DNA of 62,945 nucleotides, counting the filler, from Octopus bimaculoides (taxonomy: Eukaryota), in NCBI RefSeq assembly GCF_001194135.2. It is 5 parts of 4 records of this genome, joined end to end, with 100 filler letters (N's around TTAATTAATTAA, not from the genome) between each part and the next. Parts side by side here need not be neighbours in the genome. Positions count along the whole stretch, not along the records: positions 20,351 to 36,621 come from NC_068989.1; positions 36,722 to 59,206 come from NC_068989.1; 3 more parts are not named here. The stretch is one strand, 5' to 3'. Position 1 is the first letter of the stretch; each line of letters opens with the position of its first letter. The notes below the pieces were generated by a model that was given only the letters and a program-made list of their open reading frames with translations, did not search any database and had not been told where the DNA came from. The position numbers were made by a program, and so were the translations under genes. Of the stretch, positions 24,590 to 36,819 are shown one piece after another.

Positions 24590-25225
24590 CTTGTATTTGC
24601 TTCAGTCATTGGACTGCAGCCATGCTGCAGCAAATCCTTGAGGGTGTAGTGGAACAAATTAACCCCTATACTTTCTAAGTCTGGTACTTATCTTCTGCTG
24701 GTTGTCTTTTGCCAGACTGATAAGTTACAGAGATGTAAACAAACCAACACTGGTTGTCAGTGTCGAGGCAAACACAAAAGCATGTAGCCACAAACACACA
24801 CACACACATGCGATGGGCTATATATGTGTGTGTTTGTGTCTCCTTGTTTTAAAATCACATGCTGTTGCTGATTTTGTGACACTGTCACAAAAGCAGCATT
24901 CTTCATTTCCAATATTCTGTGAAAATGTGTCTGACCTTGGGGAAATATAAACCTTGCTTGGACAGTTGGTGTCAGAAGGACACCAGGCTGAAGAAAATCT
25001 GCCTTGGTAAACTCTATACATTCCATGCGATCATGGAGAAGTGAGCATTAAAAAGATAATATATATATATATGAAACACACATCAAGCCATGGGGAAATA
25101 TGACCATGCTTGGAAACTGATGAAGATGGAACACAGCAAGGACATCCAGCCACAGAAAATCTGTTTCAATGAATTCTGTCTAACCCATGCAAGTGTGGAA
25201 AAGTGGATGTTAAAATGATGATGCA
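24590..25225. mobile_element. SINE A fragment (-) followed by two tandem RTE-like SINE tails (+)
   Basis: ttgcttcagtcattggactgcagccatgctg. The tails end in aacccatgcaagtgtggaaaagtggatgttaaaatgatgatg. Confidence 0.65.
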
Positions 25226-25774
25226 TTATGAAGATTGTGTCATTTGAAGAAATCAATTTTGTTATTGAGATATTGATTTCTTTATGAGGCTGAGGTCACC
25301 CATTATTGTTAGGGCTGACATGATTGATTGATAATATGTTTGTCTTTAGTTCACTGTTAGTATGTATTTCTTAACATGCCTATTACTCATCAAAAAAGAT
25401 CAGATATAACATTAGTTGCAATACAATTGTTAATCATAAATAGTTGTTGTACAGTCTCAAGTCAACCTCGATCCTGTAATGAGAAGCACTCCAGCTGTGT
25501 CCATCCCTGCCACTTTTTGGTTTTAGATATAGTGAAAAATCTAGGACAACATTGTTCAAGGTGTTCTTCTTAAAATCATTAAGTATGGTTTTGAGGAAGA
25601 TTTGGCTGTTGTTTCTTGTAGCTTGAGTGACTACTTAGATGCTCATGTGTTGGCTTGAAGAAATACATTTCTGCTACAAAGAAATTTAGTCCGATTTATT
25701 AACAATGTGACAAATCTCATTGTAATGATTATATTTTTGGAGATTTTTGATAAATTTGTTTTGTTATAAAACAT

Positions 25775-25778
25775 AGTA

Positions 25779-25809
<31 letters not shown>

Positions 25810-25832
25810 TAGTAATAATAATAATAATAATA

Positions 25833-25864
<32 letters not shown>
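25775..25864. repeat. (AAT)n microsatellite
   Basis: Direct inspection. A complementary (TTA)n tract lies at 25985-26022. Confidence 0.95.
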
Positions 25865-25869
<5 letters not shown>

Positions 25870-25982
25870 TTCTATTTTCCAGGTGTAAGAAAATGGGTGA
25901 ATTGGCCAAGACTTTGGAGTATCACAGTTTCCGAAGTACCATTCCATTAAAGAAGGTAAGTTTTAGCAATTGGATATTTATA

Positions 25983-26022
<40 letters not shown>

Positions 26023-26142
26023 GATTTGACTCAGGTTCATTCTTATTCCTGATAGAATTTATGTGGGTAGCATGTTACTACCTCTAACCTTAGGTTTCCA
26101 CAAGCTTTCAATAGTCTTATTACTATTATTATTATTAATATT

Positions 26143-26410
26143 ATGGCAGTGAGCTGGCAGAATCGTTAGCACACTGGACGAAATGCTCAGCGGTATTTCA
26201 CCCATCTTTGCATTCTGAGTTCAAGTCCTGCCGAGGTCGACTTTGCCTTTTATCTTTTCGGCATCTCTAAAATAAGTACCAGTCCTGTACTGAGGTCATT
26301 GTAACGGACAGAATTGTTAGCACACCAGACAATATGTTTAGCAGCATCTTGTCTTTTTTTCTGTTTTGAGTTCAATTTCTGCCTAGGTTGACTTTGCCTT
26401 GGAATCAGTA
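26143..26410 (+). mobile_element. Two tandem SINE family B heads
   Basis: ggcagtgagctggcagaatcgttagcac..gagttcaagtcctgccgaggtcgactttgcc, repeated from about 26305. Confidence 0.8.
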
Positions 26411-26899
26411 AAAATTGAATTCAATTAACAAAAGCAGTGTATTTCATTAGAAATATAGTAACAAAAGGGTTGACAAGATTTTCTCAGTTACGACCTTTAC
26501 TGGTTCACTGCTGTTGTTTTTTGAAACCATCAACTTTCTAATAATGTGATACAGATAGCATTCTTACTATCTATGTTTCCTGCTTCCCTTTTCTTTCCAG
26601 CCACTCCTTGTCAGTTTTGCAGCTCCACTTAACTTGATAGTTAATGTTTGGTGCTCTGTAGTCATTTGTTCTCTTTTTTATGTTGTTCTTTGTGACCCAT
26701 AGTACACTCTGTACATTTCTGTTTGCTGTTGTTTGAACATAATCCACTGCTGAGATGCTGCACTTATTGAAATTTGTTCTTTAGCTTCTACTGGTACCAC
26801 CCTGTTCTTGTAATATCTTTTAGTGTCTCCACAACAAATGTCTAGATGATAGTGATCATTTTCTGCCCATTAGTCAAAATTCCAATTCACTTTCACTGG

Positions 26900-27245
26900 G
26901 TACATAAATGATGAGACAGCTACAATGAATTATATCACTCTCCTTAACAAAATCACGAATGAAGAGATCTTATGGTGTGCAGGCCTACCTCCTGTGATGG
27001 AAATCCTCATTGATAGAAAGCTTACTTGGTTGGGTCACATACACAAGATGGAAAATAACAGACTCCCCACCCAATAAATCCTTTATTCACAACTATGCAA
27101 GGGGTAAAGAAACCATGGAAGACCAAGACTGAGATTCAAAGATGCTGCAAAAAGGAATTGATCATAATAAATGGCAAACCCAAACGAAAAACTGACCAGC
27201 ATGGAGAAAGCTTATCAAGTCATGTCAAAGTCATGAACATAGTTA
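26900..27245 (+). mobile_element. RTE LINE C-terminal RT fragment
   Basis: Translates to NKITNEEIL..LTWLGHIHKMENNRLP..GRPRLRFKD with frameshifts. Confidence 0.75.
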
Positions 27246-27249
27246 CGAC

Positions 27250-28000
27250 AACTGACTGTAGATAATCTGTTCCACTTTTGGTTCACTGGCAGATTTGGAT
27301 GTCTTGTAAGGTGGTCTTCCATCAAGTATTGATGTAGACGTAGTTAATTTGATTGTTGTTGTTTCCATCTGGTGATCATCACGTTATCTGGTGGATCAAT
27401 TTTGTATACAAAATAGGCGTTGCCAACATAGAAACTGTTCATATTACAATACAGTATCAGATGTTCGACATTTTTCACAGGTTTCTTGACTTGATCCATG
27501 TGGCCTGATGGCATTCTCAATTCCTTGTTGTATGATGAAGTCACCAATAAGCAGCTTAGCATCATAACTGGGAATTTTAGTGATTGTGTTTTGCAAGTTG
27601 CGAGTATAAAACATCTTTCTCACCATTTATCTGTATCTTTAGTCAGTTTGTAAACTTAGATGATGGTTGTTTTTGCTTGCTTTAACTGAAAGCCTGTTGT
27701 GATGATGCATTCACTAATTGGCTTACCACCTGTAAATGCCTTGAAAGTCTCTTTTCCTAACAACATGCTGACTCCCTCTGGTATACTGTTCTTCATGACT
27801 AAAACAGATTATATTTCTGCCTTTGTTACATATTTTCCCTTTTCCTATCCATATCACTTGAGGCCTAGGATGACCAATTGGTACCTTTTTAAACTCACAC
27901 AGCAGTTGTGCCATCTTCTTGGCCTTATGCAATGTCACTACCTTCTAGGTTCCAATCTTCATTACTATTTTATCATTCAAACCCCAACACATCAGGGTTT
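27250..28000 (-). mobile_element. RTE LINE apurinic endonuclease fragment
   Basis: ORF pieces IPSYDAKLLIGDF, IWIGKGKI..IICFSHEEQYTRG and NQINYVYIN resemble APE motifs (GDFN, NQIDY). Confidence 0.7.
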
Positions 28001-28229
28001 CAACTTCCTTGCAGTTTTCATTGGAATCCTTCACAAATAAATGAACTGCAAAACCTTCCTTGCTCTGAATTTCTTGTGAAGAGTCATTTGGTGTTTCTTT
28101 AGTGAGTTTTATTGGAACTGGGTTGCTAGCTTGACATTCAACCTTCTTCCTTTCTCAACTCAGTTTAGGACTGTAGTTATTAAGTATATTTATTGTTTTA
28201 AATTACTTCTTTGCTAAATTAAATATGTT

Positions 28230-28617
28230 TTAACCCTTTTCTTATCATATTTCTGTTGAAATACACTTTTGTATCAATTAAAATTTTGAAAATATTGGAA
28301 GTGTTTTATAAAATAACTTTGTCATTATTAAGCTAGTGTTTGGAATGTCAATCAACAAGAAATTATGATGGAATATTTCAATTTAGATCACTCAAACATT
28401 TTTGCTATCATATTTCTCTTGTAATATATTGCTTTTGTTTCAATTCATTTTGAAAATAATGAAGAATTTAATAGAATAACTTTGTCAATATTAAACTAGT
28501 GTTTAAAAGACAACATGAAATTTTGATGGAAGGTTTTTATTCAAATCACTTTAAAACCGGAAGCTTGTATCATAGAAATAGGGGCAGTTTCTGGTTGGTT
28601 GGTATCAAAAGAGCTGA
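28230..28617 (+). mobile_element. piggyBac-like MITE with an internal tandem duplication of about 165 bp
   Basis: Begins TTAA+CCCTTT and ends ggtatcaaaagagctga (degenerate). The unit catatttct..ataactttgtca.tattaa.ctagtgttt occurs twice. A related end lies at 26430-26482. Confidence 0.45.
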
Positions 28618-29630
28618 TATTTACTGAAACCTGGTTAAATAGTTAAAGATTCACTGTACCATTCTCCATTCATGTATTCAGCAAGATGTTCAGCTATTGG
28701 TTGATTGTCCCTAATACCCACCCATTCCATGTTACTGGATTTTTGAAATGTATTCAATTATTTTGTTTTTTACCATTACCAGTGTAATACACAAACCAAC
28801 ACTATTCGGAACTGTTCTCTCACTCTCTTTCTTTCTCTCTGTCACATACTCTCCCTATGGTTCTCTCTCTCTCTCTCTAATTATCTCTCTTTTAAACATT
28901 CTCCCTTTCTATGGTTGGTATAATTTGCTATCTTTTTTTATTTTTTATTTTAGTTATCTCATGTTTAGAATTGACACTAATGATGTTTGCTTCCTGTTAG
29001 CATTGAAAATCCTAATCTCTCTGTTCAGATTAATTGCTGGGCCATCATATCTGGAATCCTATTTCTACAAGCAAAACAACCCAAAAGAATAATAGTTATT
29101 TACAGGAGAAAATTTCTCCTACTTTCTTCTTCTATTTTATTAAAATCAATTTTCTCCTTTATCGTTTGCTAATGAGCTTTTTACTTGCTAAACGAGATCC
29201 ATAATTTCAATTACTACTTTTTTTTGTCAATTATATTCTTGGTGGAAGTTAGACAATAGGCAAAAAAAAATAAAATGATGGAATAGAAAGGAAAGAAAAA
29301 TTATTTGGTGTGTATAAAACAATTTAACGACCTCATTATCGCCTGTTAGCATGTTTTGGTGCAATGAAATAAAGGAAAAGACCAATTTTCATGAATACTA
29401 GCATGTAAAGTTTTATAGTCCTCTCTGAACTGACTTCATTAAGAATTTCTAAACGAGGTGAATTATCCTGCTTCTATCATAGTGAAACCTACTAATTATG
29501 AACTTGAAGATTCTTAGTTCAACTCCAACTCTATTCATTCTAGGTGTATAGAGATGTAGTTATTTTTATTTATTTATTCTTACACACATTTATCCATCTT
29601 GTCATGAGATTGTTATTGTTAGAGCATATG

Positions 29631-29663
<33 letters not shown>

Positions 29664-29666
<3 letters not shown>

Positions 29667-30140
29667 CTCTTTTACTTGTTTCAGTCTTTTGACTGTGGCC
29701 ATGCTGGAGCACCGCTTTTAGTCGAGCAAATCGACCCCAGGACTTATTCTTTGGAAGCCTAGTTCTTATTCTATCGGTCTCTTTTGCCGAACCCCTAAGT
29801 TACGGGGACATAAACACACCAGCATCGGTTGTCAAGCGATGTTGGGGGGGACAAACACAGACACACATACATATATATATATACATATATACGACGGGCT
29901 TCTTTCAGTTTCCATCTACCAAATCCACTCACAAGGCTTTGGTCGGCCCGAGGCTATAGTAGAAGACACTTGCCCAAGATGCNNNNNNNNNNNNNNNNNN
30001 NNNNNNNNNNNNNNNNNNNNNNNNNNNNNNNNNNNNNNNNNNNNNNNNNNNNNNNNNNNNNNNNNNNNNNNNNNNNNNNNGCAATGCGACTGAACCCGGA
30101 ACCATGTGGTTGGTAAGCAAGCTATTTACCACACAGCCAT
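29664..30140 (-). mobile_element. SINE family A, young copy with a gap
   Basis: Near-identical to 35684-36051 and 50001-50375. Confidence 0.92.
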
Positions 30141-30237
30141 GTAATCAAAAGTACAAAAATGACTTACTCTGAGGGGATTCAAAAGTTCAGTGTAATCCAA
30201 GAGTAAGGTAATCTAGTGTAAGGAAATCCAAGGATTC

Positions 30238-31945
30238 ATCATCATCATTGTTCTACGTCCTCCTTCCATGCTGGCATGGGTTGGATGGTTTGACAGGAGC
30301 TGGCCAGGCAGGAGCCTGCACCAGACTTCTGTGTCTGTTTGGCAGTGTTTTTTCGGCTGGACACCCTTCTTAACACCACAGAGTGAACTGAATGCTTTTT
30401 ACATGACACAAGCACAGGCAAGATCAGTTTGACATGGTTTTTACAGTGTGGACTAGATTCTTTTTAGGTAGCACCAGCACTGGCAGGGTCAGCAAGTAAC
30501 TTGCAAGACAAGGATCCTTTGAGAGGGGAAGGGGCATTGGAGGAGGGGATCTTGTGTCAGATGATGAAACAGAGACAGAGACAGGTGTCTGTGTGTAGAA
30601 GAGGTACATAGTTACCCAGCCAGAGAGAGACGGAGAGAGAGAGAAAATGATGACAGAAACAGGTGTGCTGCTGTAAAGGAGATACATGGTTACCCAGCCT
30701 GAAGGAAGAGCAGGAGACAGAGAAAGAGAGAGAGTGGGAGGCAGCAGGAGTGCAAGGGAGAGATGGTGGTAAAATGCTGGACATACTTGCAAGGGAGAGA
30801 TGGTGGCAAAATGCTGGACATACTCACAAGGGACAGGGATCAGAATATAAATGAGATGGTCAAGTAATCGGAATATAAATGGGATGGTTGAATAAGAAGA
30901 GAGAGAGATGGTGGCAAATGCCAGGGTATACTCCTTGAGGTATGGAGGTTATAATATAAGTGGCAGGGCATTGCCAAAGAAGAGTGAGTAGAGAGTAGGG
31001 GTGTGGAATGTAGTGGGTGGTGAAAACCTGGGTATATAGGGGTGGAGCTACTGGATAGCAATGATACAGTGAACAGGGCTGTGAGGACAGGATTGGGAAG
31101 TGAGAGATAAGCATAGTGCATGAAGGAGATGTGAGGAAGAGTTTGGTTTGGTTTGTTGGGGTAGGGTGTGTGGAACAAAAAAGTGCTTCTAGAACTCAGT
31201 TTTGCTGATGTGGGCAGGTCTTCTCAGGAATTGCCAGACATCTCAGTCCATTGTCATTTCCTCCGTGAGGCCCAACATTATGAGATCAGTCCTTACCACT
31301 TCATCCCATGTTTTCCTGGGTCTCCCGCTTTTGTGAGTACCCTCCACTTTCAGTGATTGACACTTCTTCATAAAGCTGTCTTCATTCATATGCATCATAT
31401 ATCCAAACCAATATTGTCTTCTCTCTTGCATGCTGCATTTGATACTTCTTATGCCCAACTTCTCTCTCAATATGTTTGCACTTTGTCATACATGCACACT
31501 GATGTTGCACATCCAGTGAAGCATACAGCCTTCATTTCTTTCCAGTCTACATGCCTTGGACATTCAGAGCCCATGTCTCACTACCATGGAGTATAGCCGT
31601 CCACACACAAGCATCATACAGTCTACCTTTCACTCAGAGAGATAGTCCTTTTGTTGCCAGCAGAAGTAATAGCTCTCTGAACTTCTTCCATCCAATTCTT
31701 ATTCTAGAAACAATACTTTCAGAGCATCCTCCACCCTTACTAATTTGGTCACCTAGGTAACAGAAACTATCTACAATCTCAAGAGAGTCTCCTGCACATT
31801 TGAGAGAATCTAAGTACCATGTGCTCTTAGTGCTTATAGTTCCTGCACATCTGCCACATACGAAGGCAACTTTATCTGTTAATCTACTTGTGATTCCACT
31901 GCACCTCTTATGTGTCCATAGATTAGGTATTCCAAATCACATCGG
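30238..31945 (-). mobile_element. 5'-truncated RTE LINE: RT C-terminus plus long 3' UTR and (ATG)n tail
   Basis: Minus strand reads WTHKRCSGI..VCGRC, VDSFCYLGD, HGSETWAL, REKLGIRSI..GRPRKTWDEVVRTDL. It ends aacccatgccagcatggaaggaggacgtagaac.atgatgatg. Confidence 0.9.
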
Positions 31946-32151
31946 AAGGACATTCTTCGAAACGCTTAGTTTTAGAATGGTAGCAGCTGATGAAGGAAAT
32001 GTTCTCTATGTGGCCTGTGTGTTTTCTGTACTCTGTTTGTCCACGTTTTTTTTTTGCAACGTCCTGTACCCAGATATGCATCTATATATACATGTAGATG
32101 TAGGTATGTACATATATGTACGTATATATGCATATACTCATATATTATTTG

Positions 32152-32189
<38 letters not shown>

Positions 32190-32687
32190 NNNNNNNNNNN
32201 NNNNNNNNNNNNNNNNNNNNNNNNNNNNNNNNNNNNNNNNNNNNNNNNNNNNNNNNNNNNNNNNNNNNNNNNNNNNNNNNNNNNNNNNNNNNNNNNNNNN
32301 NNNNNNNNNNNNNNNNNNNNNNNNNNNNNNNNNNNNNNNNNNNNNNNNNNNNNNNNNNNNNNNNNNNNNNNNNNNNNNNNNNNNNNNNNNNNNNNNNNNN
32401 NNNNNNNNNNNNNNNNNNNNNNNNNNNNNNNNNNNNNNNNNNNNNNNNNNNNNNNNNNNNNNNNNNNNNNNNNNNNNNNNNNNNNNNNNNNNNNNNNNNN
32501 NNNNNNNNNNNNNNNNNNNNNNNNNNNNNNNNNNNNNNNNNNNNNNNNNNNNNNNNNNNNNNNNNNNNNNNNNNNNNNNNNNNNNNNNNNNNNNNNNNNN
32601 NNNNNNNNNNNNNNNNNNNNNNNNNNNNNNNNNNNNNNNNNNNNNNNNNNNNNNNNNNNNNNNNNNNNNNNNNNNNNNNNNNNNNNN

Positions 32688-33062
32688 CAGAATTTGGATG
32701 CTCCAATAATGTGTAACGGCACGCACATGATAATCAAAATTTATACTCCCGTGTTCTACAGGCAACCATCTTGAATGGACGCTGGTCTAGATGTTTTTAT
32801 AACTCCAATGTCCCTCCCTCCCTCCGGTACGATCTACAAGTTTAAGTGGTTTCAATTCCCTATCAAACTCTCCTTTGCAATGGCGATAAATAAGGCACAG
32901 GGTCAATCATTGCAAATGGTTGGTTTAAATCTCACAGAGCAAGTGTTCTCCCACAGTCAACATTATGTTGGATGCTCCCGTGTTGACAGGCCACAAAGTC
33001 TATACATTTGTGCATCAGCAGGAAAAACGAGAAACGTTGCCTACAAAGAGGCGCTCCACTGA
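32688..33062 (+). mobile_element. Helitron RepHel PIF1-like helicase, C-terminal fragment (decayed)
   Basis: NLDAPIMCNGT..QFPIKLSFAMAINKAQGQSL.MVGLNL..VFSHSQ.YVGCSRV..KTRNVAYKEAL contains helicase motifs V/VI and the Helitron terminal NVVYKEAL-like motif. Confidence 0.9.
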
Positions 33063-33665
33063 AAAGATGGCATTTCTATCTTCCAAATCATCCCAGTCAT
33101 CTGCTGCCTCAAAAGCTTTGTACTTGCCGTGCCAGCCAACGTAAGTCAATGACACACAACTTCACTCATTCACTCTATCTCTCTTTCTCATAGTCTTTCT
33201 CTCTCACATGCACACACACACACACATACTCACACACACGCACATGCATTTCATATATCTTTCAATTTCTGCTCTCTGCAAATAAAATTTTTACGGATAC
33301 AACTGCTTACAAAAATTGGGATTACTGTATAGTTTCTTTCTATGTTCATAATTAAATAAATGTTTTAATGATTATACAGACGTCCAATAGAATAGCTCTC
33401 AGAAACAGACTACGTACAAATTCTTTCTTCACAACTCCTGAAGCCATTTTCTGACTGGGGTGGGGGGGGTGATGAAATCTTCNNNNNNNNNNNNNNNNNN
33501 NNNNNNNNNNNNNNNNNNNNNNNNNNNNNNNNNNNNNNNNNNNNNNNNNNNNNNNNNNNNNNNNNNNNNNNNNNNNNNNNNNNNNNNNNNNNNNNNNNNN
33601 NNNNNNNNNNNNNNNNNNNNNNNNNNNNNNNNNNNNNNNNNNNNNNNNNNNNNNNNNNNNNNNNN

Positions 33666-33739
<74 letters not shown>

Positions 33740-33742
<3 letters not shown>

Positions 33743-33900
33743 GGGCTTTTTTCAGTTTACATCTACCACAAATCTACTCACAATGCTTTAGTCACCCTGA
33801 GGCTATAGTAGAAGACACTTGTCCAAGGTGTCACGCAGTGGGACTGAACCCGGAGCCATGTGACTGGGAAGTAAGCTTCTTACCATACCACTATTCCTGC
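33740..33900 (-). mobile_element. SINE family A, 5' half
   Basis: tttcagtttacatctaccacaaatctactcac..gtgggactgaacccggagcc. Confidence 0.8.
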
Positions 33901-34641
33901 ACCTTGTGTACGATTTTGTGCATCTACTTACTGATTCTCACATTGTTGTTTCTGTTAGTATAGTAGAGTCTGTGTTTTGCTGAGGAGATGTAATAATGCA
34001 ACACATGCTAATTTATTTCCTATCCTGAAATGATTAGAACAATACCAGTCACTAATTTGAGTGAATGGGTTTTTCCCTGTTGCATGATAATATTTGATGC
34101 CTAAATATGTTTTAACACTTACTAAATTATTGTTGAAGTAGTTACATTTTTATAACCAAACATCTCACTCTCTTCTACTGCTATTGACTTAACCAGGAAG
34201 TGGCTTTGAAACATAATAGAAGACTCAAGCACATGACCATGTGATCTCTTAACCTAACAACTACTGTTCTTCTGATATGAAATGTTTTTGATGAGCCAAA
34301 ATTTCTAAATAAATCAGTCAATGGTCAACTAGGGCCCCAGTATCATCATCATCATTATCATCATTTTAATGTCCACTTTCCGATCCTTGCATGGGTCAGA
34401 TGGAATTCATTGAGGCATTTTTTCTATGGCTGGATGCCCTTCCTGTCACCAACCCTTCACTTGTTTCCAAATAAAATAAATATTTTTCTGTGGCTGGACA
34501 AGTTTTCACAGAAGATTTGAAATGAATGACACTGCTTGTGTAATAATAACACTTGTTTGCAGCTATTTTGCAAAAGTTGAGGCTAGAAGAAACATGAACA
34601 CACATGCATACATACAGAGATACATATATATCATACACACT

Positions 34642-34679
<38 letters not shown>

Positions 34680-34680
<1 letters not shown>

Positions 34681-35426
34681 ACGACTGGCACCCATGCCAA
34701 TGTCGTCTCCTTCATTGGACACGAAACTCGGCTTGCGAAGACTTATTGGGGCAAGCGAANNNNNNNNNNNNNNNNNNNNNNNNNNNNNNNNNNNNNNNNN
34801 NNNNNNNNNNNNNNNNNNNNNNNNNNNNNNNNNNNNNNNNNNNNNNNNNNNNNNNNNNNNNNNNNNNNNNNNNNNNNNNNNNNNNNNNNNNNNNNNNNNN
34901 NNNNNNNNNNNNNNNNNNNNNNNNNNNNNNNNNNNNNNNNNNNNNNNNNNNNNNNNNNNNNNNNNNNNNNNNNNNNNNNNNNNNNNNNNNNNNNNNNNNN
35001 NNNNNNNNNNNNNNNNNNNNNNNNNNNNNNNNNNNNNNNNNNNNNNNNNNNNNNNNNNNNNNNNNNNNNNNNNNNCACTTGTGCCCAGCGTCGCCTTTCT
35101 GGCACTTGTGCCCGTGGCATGTGTAATGGACTTTCGAGCGAGATCGTTGCCAGTGCCCCTGGACTGGCTCTTGTGCGGGTGGCACATAAAATACACCATT
35201 TGAGCGTGGCCGTTGCCAATACCGCCTGACTGGCCTCATGCGGGTGGCACGTAAAAGCACTCACTACACTCTCAGAGTGGTTGGCATTAGGAAGGGCATC
35301 CAGCTGTAGAAACTCTGCCAAATCAGATTTGAGCCTGGTGTAGCCATCCGGTTTCACCAGTCCTCAGTCAAATCGTCCAACCCATGCTAGCATGGAAAGC
35401 GGACGTTAAACGATGATGATGATGAA
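34680..35426 (+). mobile_element. RTE LINE 3' UTR and tail (gap inside); a reversed tail fragment lies at 34345-34520
   Basis: ggcattaggaagggcatccagctgtagaaactctgcc..aacccatgctagcatggaaagcggacgttaaacgatgatgatg. Confidence 0.8.
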
Positions 35427-35683
35427 GAGGATATATATATGTGTGTGTGTGTGTGTATGTATGTATAATAGATAGTTGAGGAGTTGGTATAGGTACTGGA
35501 GAAGCTAAACCATATATTTATTTTCAAATGAACAATTCTACATTATGCTAACTTCATTGTTGTTCATTAGATAATCACTGGGTGGGGTGAGGAAAATGCA
35601 AAACTAGTCATTGCCAACTTAGCAAAATAACGACTACAACTTCAACAGAGTTTGCTTTATTTAAAAAAATATTTTTTAACTCT

Positions 35684-36051
35684 TACCAACCACATGGTCC
35701 CGGGTTCAGTCCCACTGCGTGGCATCTTGGGCAAGTGTCTTCTACTATAGCCTCAGGCCGACCAAAGCCTTGTGAGTGGATTTGGTAGGCTGAAACTGAA
35801 AGAAGCCCGTCGTATATATGTATATATATATATATATATGTGTTTGTGTGTCTGTGTTTGTCCCCCCCAACATCGCTTGACAACTGATGCTGGTGTGTTT
35901 TATGTCCCCGTAACTTAGTGGTTCGGCAAAAGAGACCGACATAATAAGTACTAGGCTTCCAAAGAATAAGTCCTGGGGTTGATTTGCTCGACTAAAGGCG
36001 GTGCTCCAGCATGGCCACAGTCAAAAGACTGAAACAAGTAAAAGAGTAAAA
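35684..36051 (+). mobile_element. SINE family A, young copy lacking the extreme 5' end
   Basis: High similarity to 50001-50375. Confidence 0.92.
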
Positions 36052-36782
36052 GTGTATTATAAAATTAAAATAATGGACGTTAAATGACGATGATGATGAA
36101 TGTATTATAAAACGAGCACTAAGAGCGCAAACCTCCACCAAGGCAACACCAACATCTTCTCAATGATTAGCCAGAGATGATTTTTAAAATGAGAATATCT
36201 GAAATAAACTCGACTGCTCTCACAAATGAGAATACTAAAAATGAACCTGACCGCTCTCAAAACTTAGAAAAACCAAAAATATTCCAGAATCCTTGTCCAG
36301 TACCTAATCGATCCCAATGGTAGTCATGGAATGTGAAGGTGGCTGTAGAAAATTTAGTAACAATAAAAAATAGTTTATCCTTATATAATACAAGCCAAAG
36401 TTAACAAATTCCCCATTCAAAATAGTTTCAAAGGCAGAGGTAATAATAAATTCTACTCAGGAATTTTTAAATGAATAGCATGAGACCTTTTGGTTTTTCT
36501 CTTGTCTTAAATTTCAGCCTTCCTTTAGTATTCCTGTTATTTTAGATTGATGTATAGATGTATGTATATATATGTAAGTATACTGTAAATTGTTGATATG
36601 TATGTATAATATATAATATATNNNNNNNNNNNNNNNNNNNNNNNNNNNNNNNNNNNNNNNNNNNNTTAATTAATTAANNNNNNNNNNNNNNNNNNNNNNN
36701 NNNNNNNNNNNNNNNNNNNNNATATATATATATATATATATACATATATATACACACATATATATATACAAATATATACATG

Positions 36783-36819
<37 letters not shown>

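Noticed and set aside
36110-36320. Possible Helentron-associated (DINE-like) element start
   Set aside because: Only a vague aa.gagcact start resemblance, with no subterminal inverted repeats or second copy in the window to support the call.
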